Shown here: positions 63,433 to 64,000 of the stretch, piece by piece
Numbering within the stretch: position 1 is the first letter of the stretch
Layout of the letters: each line of letters opens with the position of its first letter
Assembly: GCF_963506605.1 (NCBI RefSeq)
Contig: NC_083284.1
Coordinates: 17,422,001-17,486,000 of the forward strand
Direction: 5' to 3'
Length of the DNA stretch: 64,000 nt
Source of the DNA: Zootoca vivipara
Taxonomy: Eukaryota
Notes under the pieces: model-generated
What the model saw: the letters and a program-made list of their open reading frames with translations, nothing else
Database searches by the model: none
What the model was told of the DNA's origin: nothing
Translations under genes and position numbers: made by a program

Positions 63433-64000
63433 TCAAAGGCTAGGCAGCTCCCATCACCGAGGACATTATTTTCTCATACATTGCATGTGCCACTAGGGAC
63501 ATACCTTTCCAATGTAAGCACAATTTCTCAGCCACCTTAACCCACACAAAGACCTCAAATGAATACAAGAAGTTGTAATTTCAGGCTGGATCTGTTCATG
63601 TGTGCTTCAACCCTACCAATGCACCCCTTTAAGTTAGGCATTTTTATGAGAACAAAATGCTCACCTTCCTGCCTTGTCTTTCTGATGACCGTGCTCCCCA
63701 TAGTTGAAAGAAAGAGAATTTTGGTAAATGCACCTTTTCATGCAAGGCTAAGAAATAAGTTTGTGCCAAATTCTCCCTTCGACATAGCCATAAAGTCTCA
63801 AAGGAAACATTACTCCTTCTATTGGGTCACCCTCTTGCTGTCAACATCTTTGTCTTAAAAGTAACATGAAAGGGCAATAGCAAAAATGTCAGGGACATGG
63901 CGGTTGTGAGTTCATCAAGGAGTATGCCATCAGTGAAATAAAAGGCAACCATGCAGGCCTTCCTAATAATGGTAAATCTGTCTAGGATCAAATGCTTTGT

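Noticed and set aside
63183-63540. ORFs containing X runs
   Set aside because: Artefacts of the N gap.

Overview
Repeat-rich eukaryotic DNA from a squamate reptile, most likely a lacertid-type lizard. This is inferred from Sauria/Squam SINEs, CR1, L2, BovB and RTE-X LINE fragments, and hAT and Tc1/mariner-pogo MITEs. No host protein-coding exon is recognisable, so the window is probably intronic or intergenic. The main object is a very young 3.8-kb Penelope-like retroelement (PLE, Neptune-type: RT, Cys linker, GIY-YIG) at 39149-42948. It is built as a head-to-head palindrome: two 5'-truncated arms with outward-facing 3' ends, ~1.66 kb of near-perfect inverted repeat, a 417-bp spacer and one shared 13-bp target-site duplication (CTGTTACTTGGAA). 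Each arm carries a minimal type I hammerhead ribozyme motif and a six-tract G4/i-motif. Only one arm has the terminal ~45-nt tail. A 200-bp miniature with the same head-to-head, one-tailed geometry lies at 60251-60451, and a third terminal fragment lies at 13513-13605. The repetition suggests a recurrent insertion mechanism (dual-strand priming or fold-back synthesis). The left arm also carries a 16-nt patch that exactly matches, in inverted orientation, flanking DNA 650 bp away. Other notable items are a two-ended, internally deleted RTE-X element with a 12-bp TSD and CR1-tailed SINEs with three different tRNA heads.
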